Assembly: GCA_045537905.1 (NCBI GenBank)
Contig: JAZSQJ010000070.1
Span: forward strand, 5,628 to 69,627
DNA length: 64,000 nucleotides
Direction: 5' to 3'
DNA from: Eubacteriales bacterium
Lineage (GTDB): Bacteria > Bacillota > Clostridia > Oscillospirales > CAG-382
Shown here: piece by piece, positions 17,794 to 27,829 of the stretch
Numbering within the stretch: the first letter of the stretch is position 1
Layout: each line of letters begins with the position of its first letter
Notes under the pieces: model-generated
What the model saw: the letters and a program-made list of their open reading frames with translations, nothing else
Told to the model about the DNA's origin: nothing
The model's database searches: none
Translations under genes and position numbers: made by a program

Positions 17794-20220
17794 TTATTTT
17801 TTGCCCTTAAGTCTCTGGAGATGCCAGATATCGTTGGCATAGTCCATTATGCTTCTGTCTGCGGCAAACTTGCCTGCCTTTGCTATGTTTACAAGAGACA
17901 TCTTGTTCCACGCTCTGCGGTCCTCGTAGGCTGCAAGCAGCTCGTTATGAGCGTCCTGATAGAAGTCAAAGTCTGCAAGACACATATATGGGTCAGCTAT
18001 GCCATAGGAGAAGAGGAGATAGTTTGCTATATCAGCAAAGGATCTGCCGTTGAAGCCTGTTTGCAGATAGTCTATCGCCTTCTTGAGAGACTCGTTTCTG
18101 TTATAGTAGTAGGAGGAAGCGTAGCCCTTCTTCCAAAGCTCGTCAACCTCTTCTGCGGTGTGACCGAAGATGAAGATGTTGTCCTCGCCTACCTCTTCAC
18201 AAATCTCAACGTTTGCACCGTCAAGGGTACCGATGGTAACGGCGCCGTTTATCATAAACTTCATATTACCCGTACCGCTGGCTTCCTTACCTGCAAGAGA
18301 AATCTGCTCGCTTACGTCGGCAGTAGGAATAAGATGCTCTGCCAGAGTTACGTTATAGTTTTCAAGGAAGAGTACGTTAAGCTTTTCCTTGATCTTGGGA
18401 TTCTTCTGAATATCTGCGCTGATGTAGCAGATAAGACGGATGATGTCCTTAGCCATATAGTAGCCGGGAGCTGCCTTACCGCCGAAAATAAAGGTTCTGG
18501 GTCTGATATTAAGGTCGGGATTTTCCTTAAGTGCACAGTAGATGCTGATGATGTGGATAGCGTTGAGAAGCTGACGCTTATACTCGTGAATACGCTTAAC
18601 CTGTACGTCGAAGATGGAGTCAGGGTCAAGCTCTACACCTGCGGTGCGACGCATATAGTTGGAGAAATCTACCTTATTGTCGTGCTTGATCTTTGCAAGC
18701 TCGTCAAGGATAGGAGCGTCGTCCTGGTACTGAAGGAGCTTAACAAGCTCTGCCGCATTGGTGCGGTAGCCGCTGCCAATGGTGCTGTCCAACAGCTTTG
18801 CAAGACGGGGGTTGGAATAGCAGAGCCATCTGCGGTGAGCTATACCGTTGGTTACGTTAAGGAACCTTTCGGGATACATATCGTTAAAGTCTCTGAAGGT
18901 GTTGGACTTTAATATATCGGTATGCAATGCGGAAACGCCGTTTATCTTATGGCTGCCGATAACGGAAAGGTTTGCCATACGGATCTGACCGTTGTTGATA
19001 ATAGACATTCTGCCAACCTTGTTCCAGTTGCCGGGGAAGCAATTCCAAGCCTCTGCACAGAAACGCTCGTTAATCTCGCGGATAATCATATACAGACGGG
19101 GCAGCTTGAGACGGAAGAGACCCTCGTTCCAGCACTCAAGAGCTTCGGGCATAACGGTATGGTTGGTGTAAGACATAGTTCTTACTACCATATCCCACGC
19201 CTGCTCCCAGGAATAGTTGTGAAGATCCATAAGGATACGCATAAGCTCGGGTATACAAAGAGCAGGATGGGTATCGTTTATATGGATAGCAACCTTTTCG
19301 GGAAGAGTGTTAAGGTTTTTATAGATAGAAATGTGGTCGTGAATAATGTTCTGGAGAGATGCGCTTACAAGGAAATACTGCTGGCTGAGACGGAGCAGCT
19401 TACCCTCGGGATGGTTATCGTTAGGATAAAGCACCTTGGAAATGGTCTGTGCTATGGTGTTTTCCTCAACAGCCTTGATGTACTGCCCCTGAGAGAAAAG
19501 CTCCATATTAAAGTTGCGGATATCCTGTGCCTTCCAGAGACGGAGGGTGGTAATAGCCTCGCTGTCTGCACCGGAAACAAGCATATCGTAGGGAACAGCC
19601 TCTACCTCTTCATAGTTCTCGTGAATAATTTCACAACGGCCGTTGTCCCATTTTTCGGTTATAGTGCCGCCAAAGCGTACAACGCAGGATTTGTCCTGAC
19701 GGGGAACGAGCCATACGTCACCGCCGGGCATCCATATATCGGGAAGCTCTATCTGCTCACCCTCTGCCAGCTTCTGCTTAAACAGACCGTATTCGTAAAG
19801 AATAGAGTAGCCTCTTGCAGGGTATGCAAGGGTGGAGAGAGAGTCCATAAAGCAGGCTGCAAGTCTGCCAAGACCGCCGTTACCCAAACCCGGGTCGGCT
19901 TCCATCTCGTATATCTCGTCAAGCTTAAAGCCGTATTCCTTAAGAACACCTGCATATTCCTTTTCAAGTCCTAAGTTACAAAGGTTTGTGCGCAGGGAGC
20001 AACCCATAAGGAACTCCATACACATATAATAAACCTTCTTTTTGCCCTGTTCCTTGGTCTTTGCATTGAACAGCTTGCGTTTTTGAGCAAGGATGTCACG
20101 CACCGTCATAACGGTAGCCTTATACATCTGCTCCTTAGTTGCTTCTTCAAGGGGTACGCTGAAGTATCTGGACAGCTTATTGTGTATCGCCTCTTGAATG
20201 TCTTTGCGTTTTACGCTCAT
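17794..20220 (-). CDS. glgP: Glycogen/alpha-glucan phosphorylase
   Basis: GNGGLGRLAACF, EASGTGNMKFMINGA (PLP-Lys); 808 aa. Confidence 0.95.
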   Translation of the reverse strand: MSVKRKDIQEAIHNKLSRYFSVPLEEATKEQMYKATVMTVRDILAQKRKLFNAKTKEQGKKKVYYMCMEFLMGCSLRTNLCNLGLEKEYAGVLKEYGFKLDEIYEMEADPGLGNGGLGRLAACFMDSLSTLAYPARGYSILYEYGLFKQKLAEGEQIELPDIWMPGGDVWLVPRQDKSCVVRFGGTITEKWDNGRCEIIHENYEEVEAVPYDMLVSGADSEAITTLRLWKAQDIRNFNMELFSQGQYIKAVEENTIAQTISKVLYPNDNHPEGKLLRLSQQYFLVSASLQNIIHDHISIYKNLNTLPEKVAIHINDTHPALCIPELMRILMDLHNYSWEQAWDMVVRTMSYTNHTVMPEALECWNEGLFRLKLPRLYMIIREINERFCAEAWNCFPGNWNKVGRMSIINNGQIRMANLSVIGSHKINGVSALHTDILKSNTFRDFNDMYPERFLNVTNGIAHRRWLCYSNPRLAKLLDSTIGSGYRTNAAELVKLLQYQDDAPILDELAKIKHDNKVDFSNYMRRTAGVELDPDSIFDVQVKRIHEYKRQLLNAIHIISIYCALKENPDLNIRPRTFIFGGKAAPGYYMAKDIIRLICYISADIQKNPKIKEKLNVLFLENYNVTLAEHLIPTADVSEQISLAGKEASGTGNMKFMINGAVTIGTLDGANVEICEEVGEDNIFIFGHTAEEVDELWKKGYASSYYYNRNESLKKAIDYLQTGFNGRSFADIANYLLFSYGIADPYMCLADFDFYQDAHNELLAAYEDRRAWNKMSLVNIAKAGKFAADRSIMDYANDIWHLQRLKGKK

Positions 20221-20244
20221 ATTGGTTCTCCTTGTATGAAAAAA

Positions 20245-21684
20245 TTAAGCTAAAATATCGTTGTACATATCAATGTAGGTCTGGGCGGATTTATCCCAGG
20301 AAAAATCTACGCTCATAACCCTTTTTACCAGTGCATTCCAGGTTTCCTTGTCACGGTACACACCACAGGCACGCTTCACTGCATTAAGCAGCTCCCACTG
20401 GCTGTACTGGGCAAAGGTAAAGCCGTTGCCGCCGTCAGGCCAGCCGATGTCCTTGATGGAATCGTACAGACCGCCCGTTTCCCTTACTATCGGCACCGTG
20501 CCGTAGCGGGAGGCTATCATCTGGGCAAGACCGCAGGGCTCGCTCTTGGAGGGCATCAAAAACAGGTCTGCACCTGCATATATCTTTTTGGATATATCCT
20601 TGTTGTACATAAGAAGGGTGCTTACCTTGCCCTTGTGGTTTTCTGCCAGGTGCCAGAAATAGTCCTCGTAAGCAAAGTCGCCCTGTCCAAGTATAACAAG
20701 CTGAACGTCGTCACGCAGTATCTCCTCAGCCGCCGCCATAACGAGGTCAACACCCTTATGCCCCGTCAGACGGGTAATCATAGCAACGAGAGGAGTATTT
20801 GCAGACTCGGTAAGACCTACCATATTCTGCAGCTGCTTTTTGTTCTCTGCCTTGCCTGCCATATCCTCTGCGGAATAGGTAGCAAAGGTTGCAGGGTCGT
20901 TGGCGGGATTGTAATAATCCACGTCTATACCGTTGAGTATACCTCTCAGCTTGCCCTTGTTCTGCTCCAGCACGTGATGGAGACCGTTAGAGAAGGTGGG
21001 ACTGAGTATCTCAAGGGCGTAGGTAGGGCTGACCGTGCTGACGGTGTTGGCACATACTATGGCGCCCTTCATAAGATTGATGGCACCGTTGTAGTCCACC
21101 ACTGCCCTGTCCGCCTCGGAAAGCTCAAACACGTCGCCCAGAATCTCGTGTCCGTACACGCCCTGATACGCAATGTTGTGGATAGTAAACACGCTTTCGA
21201 TATTCCTGTAGCCGTCAAGGGCTGAATAACGCTGACGGAGGTATATCACCGTAAGCGCACTTTGCCAGTCGTGAGCGTGGAGGATATCCGGGAAGAAATC
21301 AATAATAGGCAAGGACTCCATTACTGCCTTACAGAAGAAGGCGTAACGCTCGCCGTCGTCAAAGCTACCGTAAAGGGTAGGACGCTTGAAATAATACTCG
21401 TTATCCAATAAGTAATAGGTAACGCCGTTGTGGTTGAGAAGGTGGATACCGAGATACTGGCGACGCCAGGATAGGTTTATATACGTGTCGCCCAGCTTAA
21501 TGAGCTTTGCGCGGAACTCCTCCTTCATGCTGCCGTAAAGGGGCATAATTACACGGACGTCCATACCGCCCTTAGCCGCCTTTTGCAGTGCCGCAGGAAG
21601 GGAGCCTATTACATCACCCAAGCCGCCTGAGGAGGCAAAAGGAACAGCCTCCGATGCGACAAACAGTATTTTCTTTTTTACCAT
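20245..21684 (-). CDS. glgA: Glycogen synthase (GT5, ADP-glucose type)
   Basis: HAHDWQSAL, HNIAYQG, PSKSEPCGLAQM, RETGGL. The N-terminal motif reads PFASSGGLGDV instead of the usual K(T/S)GGL. Confidence 0.9.
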   Translation of the reverse strand: MVKKKILFVASEAVPFASSGGLGDVIGSLPAALQKAAKGGMDVRVIMPLYGSMKEEFRAKLIKLGDTYINLSWRRQYLGIHLLNHNGVTYYLLDNEYYFKRPTLYGSFDDGERYAFFCKAVMESLPIIDFFPDILHAHDWQSALTVIYLRQRYSALDGYRNIESVFTIHNIAYQGVYGHEILGDVFELSEADRAVVDYNGAINLMKGAIVCANTVSTVSPTYALEILSPTFSNGLHHVLEQNKGKLRGILNGIDVDYYNPANDPATFATYSAEDMAGKAENKKQLQNMVGLTESANTPLVAMITRLTGHKGVDLVMAAAEEILRDDVQLVILGQGDFAYEDYFWHLAENHKGKVSTLLMYNKDISKKIYAGADLFLMPSKSEPCGLAQMIASRYGTVPIVRETGGLYDSIKDIGWPDGGNGFTFAQYSQWELLNAVKRACGVYRDKETWNALVKRVMSVDFSWDKSAQTYIDMYNDILA

Positions 21685-21704
21685 AAAGACTACCTCCCCC
21701 TTAA

Positions 21705-22835
21705 TTACACCACGGTGAGCTTATCTATAAAGAAAGGTCTGGTTTCGTGTCCGGAAAGAACTCTGCCATCTCTGATAACAACGTCCTTGTCGGTGATTAC
21801 ACAGTTAAGGTCTGCGTTTTCACCTATAAGGGTGTCCTGCATAATGATAGAGTTACGGATAACCGTGTTTTTGCCAACCTTTACGCCACGGAAAAGGATA
21901 GAGTTTTCTACGGTGCCGTGGATGATACAGCCGTCTGCGATAAGGGAGTTACGAACGTTGCTGCCCTCCTCGTAAACCGTGGGGCTGGAGTTACGGATTT
22001 TGGTGTAAACAGGACGGTTTTTAACGTTGAACAGGCTGTCTCTTGCAGAGGAGCTGAGCAGGTCCATATTACACATATAATAATCGGTAAGAGAGTTGAT
22101 GGATGCAAAATAGCTGTCATAGCGGTAAACTCTGAAGGAGCTTATATCTATGTTCCTGCCGATAATATCCTTGGTAAAGCTGGAATAGCCGTGAGCAGAC
22201 GCATCAAGAATAATGTTTTCAAGATACTTTCTGCGCATAACCATAATGTTAAGGTTAACGTCACAATAGCCGGAAACGATACCGTTACACTCGGATATAT
22301 CGGTTATACGGCCGTCAGCGTTAGACTCAACTACCTCAAAGTGCTTGATATCGGGGGTGATGTACATACGCTTTACAGCCATAGTTATATCCGCACCGCT
22401 GCTTATATGGTCGTTGATAATCTCGTTAAGGTCGATGTTGCAAACCACGTCACAGTCGGAAAGAAGAACGTACTCCTCGGTACAGCAGGACACAAACTCC
22501 AGCATACTCTTAACTGCCTCAAGCCTGGTGTTGTACAGAGAGTTCTGAGCGTTTGCAAAGGCTGTGATATAAGGAGGAAGTATCTTTATACCGCCGCTTC
22601 TGCGTGCCAGGTCCCAGTCCTTACCCGTGCCTATATGGTCCATCAGAGACTGATAGTTATAGTGGGTAACAACGCCAACGTGGGTAATACCTGAGTTTAC
22701 TATGTTGGACAGTGTAAAGTCTATAAGACGGTATCTGCAGCCGAAAGGAACGCTTGCCATAGTTCTTCTTCTGGTAAGCTCACTTACATTATGGTCATGT
22801 ATATTGGAAAAAATAATACCTACTACGCTTGCCAT
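21705..22835 (-). CDS. glgD: Glucose-1-phosphate adenylyltransferase, GlgD (regulatory) subunit
   Basis: GlgC paralogue lacking the GGxGxRL loop (IIFSNIHDHNVSELT); RYRLIDFTLSN; position after glgC. Confidence 0.9.
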   Translation of the reverse strand: MASVVGIIFSNIHDHNVSELTRRRTMASVPFGCRYRLIDFTLSNIVNSGITHVGVVTHYNYQSLMDHIGTGKDWDLARRSGGIKILPPYITAFANAQNSLYNTRLEAVKSMLEFVSCCTEEYVLLSDCDVVCNIDLNEIINDHISSGADITMAVKRMYITPDIKHFEVVESNADGRITDISECNGIVSGYCDVNLNIMVMRRKYLENIILDASAHGYSSFTKDIIGRNIDISSFRVYRYDSYFASINSLTDYYMCNMDLLSSSARDSLFNVKNRPVYTKIRNSSPTVYEEGSNVRNSLIADGCIIHGTVENSILFRGVKVGKNTVIRNSIIMQDTLIGENADLNCVITDKDVVIRDGRVLSGHETRPFFIDKLTVV

Positions 22836-22838
22836 AAA

Positions 22839-24056
22839 TTATTCCCCCTCCTCAGACAAAAGCTCATCAAGGTAAGCAGAGTCAGCACGGACGCCCCCTG
22901 CGATAACGGTGCCGGCCTTTATATCAAGACCGGAGCCTATAAGGGCAATGCCCTTGCCGCTTTCCTTAGAGTCACCTACACGGGCGTTTACGCCAACGGT
23001 GGTGTCGCTATCCATTATAGAATACTCTACGGTAGCGTTTTCGGATATCACACAGTCACGCATAATAATACTGTCCTTAACAACGGCACCCTTGGCAACC
23101 TTTACGCCGCCTGAGAGCACGCTGTTGATAACCGTGCCGTATATCTCACAGCCGCCCGTAATAAGGCTGTTTTCAACGGTCGCACCGTAACCCAGAAAAT
23201 GGGGTGGGTTGGACTGGTGCCTGGAGAAGATACGCCAGCTGGGATTGTTAAGGTTAAGGGAGGGACGGTCACCCAGAAGGTCCATATTAGCCTCCCACAG
23301 AGAGTCGATAGTACCTACGTCCTTCCAATAGCCCTTGAAGGGATAGGCATAAAGGCTTTCCCCTGCGCCCAGCATAGCGGGGATAACGTTTTTACCAAAG
23401 TCCTTATCGCTGTTTTCGTCTGCCTCGTCAGCTATAAGATACTCGTACAGCTTATCCTTGGAGAAAACGTATACACCCATAGACGCCTTGGTGCTCTTGG
23501 GATTCTTGGGCTTTTCCTCAAACTCGTAAACACGCATATCGTCCGTGGTGTTCATTATACCGAAACGGCTTGCCTCGGACAGAGGCACGTCTATTACCGC
23601 AATGGTACAAGCAGCACCCTTACGCTTGTGATACTCAACCATTGCGCTGTAATCCATCTTGTAAATGTGGTCGCCCGATAGCACTACTACGTAGTCGGGG
23701 TCGTATTTATCAAGAAAATGCAGGTTTTGATAAATAGCATTTGCGGTGCCCTTGTACCAATCGGCACGCTTTTGCCCCTGATAAGGAGGCAAAACGGTAA
23801 CACCGCCAAAGGTACGGTCCATATCCCAGGGCTGACCGTTGCCTATGTATTCGTTAAGAGCCAAAGGCTGATACTGGGTAAGAACACCTACCGTATCTAT
23901 GCCCGAATTGATGCAGTTGGAAAGGGTAAAGTCAATAATCCTGTACTTGCTGCCAAAGGATACCGCAGGCTTTGCCACACGCTGAGTAAGCAAATAAAGC
24001 CTACTGCCTTGTCCTCCTGCCAGAAGCATTGCCACACATTCTTTCTTTTTAATCAC
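22839..24056 (-). CDS. glgC: Glucose-1-phosphate adenylyltransferase
   Basis: [40 protein letters not shown]-terminal left-handed beta-helix repeats. Confidence 0.95.
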   Translation of the reverse strand: MIKKKECVAMLLAGGQGSRLYLLTQRVAKPAVSFGSKYRIIDFTLSNCINSGIDTVGVLTQYQPLALNEYIGNGQPWDMDRTFGGVTVLPPYQGQKRADWYKGTANAIYQNLHFLDKYDPDYVVVLSGDHIYKMDYSAMVEYHKRKGAACTIAVIDVPLSEASRFGIMNTTDDMRVYEFEEKPKNPKSTKASMGVYVFSKDKLYEYLIADEADENSDKDFGKNVIPAMLGAGESLYAYPFKGYWKDVGTIDSLWEANMDLLGDRPSLNLNNPSWRIFSRHQSNPPHFLGYGATVENSLITGGCEIYGTVINSVLSGGVKVAKGAVVKDSIIMRDCVISENATVEYSIMDSDTTVGVNARVGDSKESGKGIALIGSGLDIKAGTVIAGGVRADSAYLDELLSEEGE

Positions 24057-25930
24057 GCCTTCTCATTCCCTTCAATTCTCTTTATTATAGTAAAGCCCAT
24101 AGGCGGTACCAGTATGTTTATACCGTAGCCGCCGTACTGTTTTACAGCTTTTCGTGGTACTTTGTTTGTTACACCGCCGCCGCCGTATTTTACCTCGTCG
24201 CTGCTGAACACCTCACGGTACATACCCTCACTGCTGAGAGGAATATGATACTGCCTTTGAACGGGAGCAAAGTTTATTACAACGGTAAGCTCGCTACCGT
24301 TTTTAGCGATGCGGTTATATAACAGGGTGTTTTCGTTTTTCCTGTCGGAGTCTATCCAGCGGAAGCCTCTGTAGTCTCCGTCCTGCTCCCAAAGCTCAGG
24401 ATTTTCAAGGTAAAACGCATTAAGGTCTGCTACATAGGTCTGGAACTTGGCGTGCATATCGTAGCCCAGCATAAACCACTCCAGAGAGTCGTCAAAGTCC
24501 CATTCCTTAAACTGGGCAAACTCACTGCCCATAAAGGTAAGCTTCTTGCCCGGGTGGGTCATCATATAACCCATATACGCCCTTGCGCAGGCGAATTTTT
24601 GGTAGTAGTCCCCTGCCATCTTGTCTATAAGCGACTTTTTGCCCTGTGCCAGCTCCCCGTGGTGGAGAGGGATAATAAACCTTTCGTCAAAAGCACACAG
24701 GAAGGAATACTTCAAATTTTCGTGTATGTCCTTACGGTAAAAGGGGTCGTAGGTTACGTATTTAAGGGTGTCGGGAGCGAAGCTTGCGTTCCACTTAAGG
24801 TCAAAGCAAAGCCCGTCCTTTTTGGTCATATGGGGATAGTCCGTATTTTCCTCTGCTATAAGCATTACGTCGGGATAATAGTTTTTCATCTCGCCGCCCA
24901 GCTTTTTGAAGAAATGTATAGACTGGACGTTTATACTTGAACCGTCGGGATTAGGGTTCCACTCCCCTGCCTCACGGCCGTAGTCAAGATGCAGCATAGA
25001 GCTTAGTGCCGTTGCACGGAGCCCGTCTATATGATACTTATCCGCCCAGAACATTGCGTTTGATACAAGGAAGCACTGCACCTCGTTCCTAGCTACGTCA
25101 AAGCATCTTGTATCCCAGTTTTTCTGCTCCTTACGGTCCTCGCCCTGATACTCGTACAGGGGTCCGCCGTCAAACTCGTAAAGCCCGTGGGCGTCCTTAG
25201 GAAAATATGCGGGAACCCAGTCCAGTATAACGCCTATACCCACAGAGTGCATTTTGTTAACGAAATACATAAAGTCGTGAGGGGTACCGAAACGGGAGGT
25301 GGGAGCGTAATATCCGCATATCTGATAACCCCAGGAGACATCAAAGGGATGCTCCATTATAGGCAAAAGCTCAATATGAGTGTAACCCATACGCTTAACG
25401 TATGCCGCCAGTCTGTCAGCCAGCTCCCTGTAATTAAGGAAGCCGCCGTCTGCACTCCGTTGCCAGGAGCCAAGATGCACCTCGTATATATTTATGGGTA
25501 CAGCAGGCATCTCACCGTCCTTAAGGCAATTGTACTTCTTCGCTCTGAAGTCCATATAGCCCTTGTCGGTCCACTCAAAGCCATCCAGATTATAAAGACG
25601 GGAGGCTGTACTGCTCATAGTCTCAGAAAAGAACGCATAGGGGTCTGCCTTGAAACGGCGTACACCGTCACGCTCGATTATATATTTATATCTGTCGCCC
25701 TTACCTATAGGAAAGCCCTTGAGAGTTATGCTCCACACATCGCCGTTGTTGGTCATAGGTATGTCCGCCTTCCAGCCGTTGAAATCACCGGCTATATACA
25801 CGGCGTCGGCGTTGGGTGCCCATACTCGGAATGTATATACACCCTTACTCTCCCTGTGTGCGCCCAGATATTCGTATGCTTTATAGTTTGTACCCTGCTT
25901 AAACAGGTACAACGCAAGATCGTTTTCCAT
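24053..25930 (-). CDS. glgB: 1,4-alpha-glucan branching enzyme homologue (GH13_9-like) with substituted catalytic residues
   Basis: Collinear with Bacillus/E. coli GlgB over its whole length ([43 protein letters not shown]). Region I is DWVPAYF (usual DWVPGHF). Region II is [10 protein letters not shown] (usual G(F/L)RVDAVASM). Region III AEENT keeps the Glu. Region IV is [11 protein letters not shown] (usual P(F/L)SHDEVVHGK). The Thr codon ACG at 25012-25010 was confirmed on the DNA. Confidence 0.85.
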   Translation of the reverse strand: MENDLALYLFKQGTNYKAYEYLGAHRESKGVYTFRVWAPNADAVYIAGDFNGWKADIPMTNNGDVWSITLKGFPIGKGDRYKYIIERDGVRRFKADPYAFFSETMSSTASRLYNLDGFEWTDKGYMDFRAKKYNCLKDGEMPAVPINIYEVHLGSWQRSADGGFLNYRELADRLAAYVKRMGYTHIELLPIMEHPFDVSWGYQICGYYAPTSRFGTPHDFMYFVNKMHSVGIGVILDWVPAYFPKDAHGLYEFDGGPLYEYQGEDRKEQKNWDTRCFDVARNEVQCFLVSNAMFWADKYHIDGLRATALSSMLHLDYGREAGEWNPNPDGSSINVQSIHFFKKLGGEMKNYYPDVMLIAEENTDYPHMTKKDGLCFDLKWNASFAPDTLKYVTYDPFYRKDIHENLKYSFLCAFDERFIIPLHHGELAQGKKSLIDKMAGDYYQKFACARAYMGYMMTHPGKKLTFMGSEFAQFKEWDFDDSLEWFMLGYDMHAKFQTYVADLNAFYLENPELWEQDGDYRGFRWIDSDRKNENTLLYNRIAKNGSELTVVINFAPVQRQYHIPLSSEGMYREVFSSDEVKYGGGGVTNKVPRKAVKQYGGYGINILVPPMGFTIIKRIEGNEKA

Positions 25931-25947
25931 GTCAAAACACCTCTTTG

Positions 25948-27159
25948 TTAAGACAGTTTATTTATAACGTAGTAACCGTATTTTTGTGCATAAGCCAGTA
26001 TAACCCCGTCAGAGCAACCGCTTATGCTGTCAAAAACGGCAGGTATTATCAGCTTGCCCTTAAGGTCTATCATACCGTAGGTGCCCTCTGCGGTGCGTAC
26101 CGCTGCCAGCCCTTCGCTGAACGCCTTGGCGTCGTCATAGTCGGGATTGCTTATCCACTTGCCGTCAAAGGACATATAGCCGTAGCCCGAAGGCCCCTTG
26201 AGAAGGATGGCTCCGTCAGAATAAGCACAAACCGTAAAGCCTGAGGGCATATCCATAACAGTGCCGTCTGTCCTCAGCATTACCTCAGCTCCCTCGGCAG
26301 TGCGTGCCCTGGTTATACCGTTCTTTACAAAATAGTATCCGATAGCAGAAGCGTTTTCCGTATCTGCACCGAAATAGCTGCTTGTAATTATTGTGCCCTG
26401 TTCGTCAAACAGATACAGACGGTTATCCTCATCAATTGCTATGCAATACCCCTCGGACATACCGTATACATCCTTATACTCGGGTAATACAACGACGTTA
26501 CCGTTGCTACGCTTGCGGAGACCGTAAGCGCCATCCTGCTTAAACACCTCGTAGTCCCTGTCGTAGCCTGCAAGGTATGCCGCCTGCTCACAGTAAATGC
26601 CCTTATCCAGGTTGTAGCTATCGTACTCACAGGGGACAAGGATACCGTTTTTATAATAGGCGTGGCTGCCGTCCTTAACAAACAGAGGCGCGCCGTCCTC
26701 ACTTCTCAGATAGGTCAGTTCCCAGCCGTTTATCACGGAGGAGATATCCTTAAGCCCGCTGTCATACACGGCTTTAACACTGCCCGCCTCGGATTTAATC
26801 AAAAAGCCCATACGGAGAGCCAGGTCAGCCCCGCCAACACTGCCTATACCTGCCATAGAGCAGGATGCAAGATAGGCGCCCTCACCGTATACGCCCGTAA
26901 AGGGGACCGAACCCTCAGGGGCCTTTGGCAAGGAAGCGATAAAGGTAGCCGCCGTTACTGCGGGCTTTTGAGTCTGCGAAGCGTCAGGCTCCTCCTCGGG
27001 AGCTGTGTCGCCGCCGCCGTTACCCCTCGTATCAAGATAAGAGGCGTCCATAAAAGGAAGCTTTCCCACGTGAAAGCCGTAGACCGTAAGTGCCGTACAA
27101 AGGAGCAACAGGATTGCACCAATATATTGTAAAAGTCCTGTAATCAATCTTTTCTTCAT
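25948..27159 (-). CDS. Membrane-anchored WG-repeat protein
   Basis: N-terminal TM helix and repeated (Y/W)G..D..G..(I/V)P..(Y/F)D units (e.g. GTYGMIDLKGKLIIPAVFDSI). Only 17 nt separate it from glgB, which has its own RBS AAGAGGTG. Confidence 0.65.
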   Translation of the reverse strand: MKKRLITGLLQYIGAILLLLCTALTVYGFHVGKLPFMDASYLDTRGNGGGDTAPEEEPDASQTQKPAVTAATFIASLPKAPEGSVPFTGVYGEGAYLASCSMAGIGSVGGADLALRMGFLIKSEAGSVKAVYDSGLKDISSVINGWELTYLRSEDGAPLFVKDGSHAYYKNGILVPCEYDSYNLDKGIYCEQAAYLAGYDRDYEVFKQDGAYGLRKRSNGNVVVLPEYKDVYGMSEGYCIAIDEDNRLYLFDEQGTIITSSYFGADTENASAIGYYFVKNGITRARTAEGAEVMLRTDGTVMDMPSGFTVCAYSDGAILLKGPSGYGYMSFDGKWISNPDYDDAKAFSEGLAAVRTAEGTYGMIDLKGKLIIPAVFDSISGCSDGVILAYAQKYGYYVINKLS

Positions 27160-27167
27160 ATAAAAAT

Positions 27168-27201
27168 ACCGTTAACACTCTATATAAATTCCGTTAACAC
27201 T
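27168..27201. repeat. Two direct copies of (a/t)ccgttaacact spaced 22 bp start to start, immediately upstream of the WG-repeat gene start
   Basis: accgttaacact 27168-27179 and tccgttaacact 27190-27201; each contains the palindrome GTTAAC. Confidence 0.6.
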
Positions 27202-27382
27202 ACGCTGTTTTCCGTCCGCATCTTACGACCGGACACAGTTACAGCATTATTCAGATACTAGTATACACCAAACTGGCGTAATTTGCAATAGTTTTTATAT
27301 GGTAAATTGCTTATATTTCGTCCTTACCGGAGGAAGAAATTATTAAAAATAGTAATTAATTAAACTTTTTTTGAAAAAACTA

Positions 27383-27411
27383 TTTACAACGGACCGTTTT
27401 TGTGGTATTAT
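27383..27411 (+). promoter_or_regulatory. Sigma-A-type promoter of rpsO-pnp
   Basis: TTTACA (27383-27388), 17 nt, TGgTATTAT (27403-27411). Confidence 0.6.
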
Positions 27412-27546
27412 GGCAAAGTTATGGGACAAAGCTCATAACGAGAAATAGTACGGTTGGCTCGGTTTACAGGACACAGGGGCGCTTTGTCGTTCTGCTTCAC
27501 CCACCTTTTGCCAAGCTTTCCCGCATAATTTTACGGAGGTGAAACC
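27412..27546 (+). promoter_or_regulatory. Structured rpsO 5' leader (candidate S15 autoregulatory element)
   Basis: Nested helices: ggcaaag (27412-27418) with cttttgcc (27505-27512), and gacaaagc (27425-27432) with gctttgtc (27481-27488). The RBS GGAGGTG lies directly 3' of the structure. Confidence 0.4.
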
Positions 27547-27813
27547 ATGATATCCAAGGAAACAAAACAGGCTATTATCAACGAGTATGCAATTCACGAA
27601 GGTGACACAGGTTCTCCTGAGGTTCAGATCGCAGTACTCACCAACAGAATCAATTCCCTTACCCAGCACCTTAAGGCCAATCCCCACGACCATCACTCCA
27701 GAAGAGGTCTTCAGCAGATGGTTGGTAAGAGAAAGAAGTTCCTTAACTACCTTATCAAGAACGATATTAGCCGTTACCGTTCCATTATCGAAAGACTTGG
27801 TCTGAGAAAGTAA
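27547..27813 (+). CDS. rpsO: 30S ribosomal protein S15
   Basis: [31 protein letters not shown]...VG.RRK.L.YL: canonical S15; 88 aa. Confidence 0.97.
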   Translation: MISKETKQAIINEYAIHEGDTGSPEVQIAVLTNRINSLTQHLKANPHDHHSRRGLQQMVGKRKKFLNYLIKNDISRYRSIIERLGLRK

Positions 27814-27829
27814 GAGAGAAGAATTTAGT

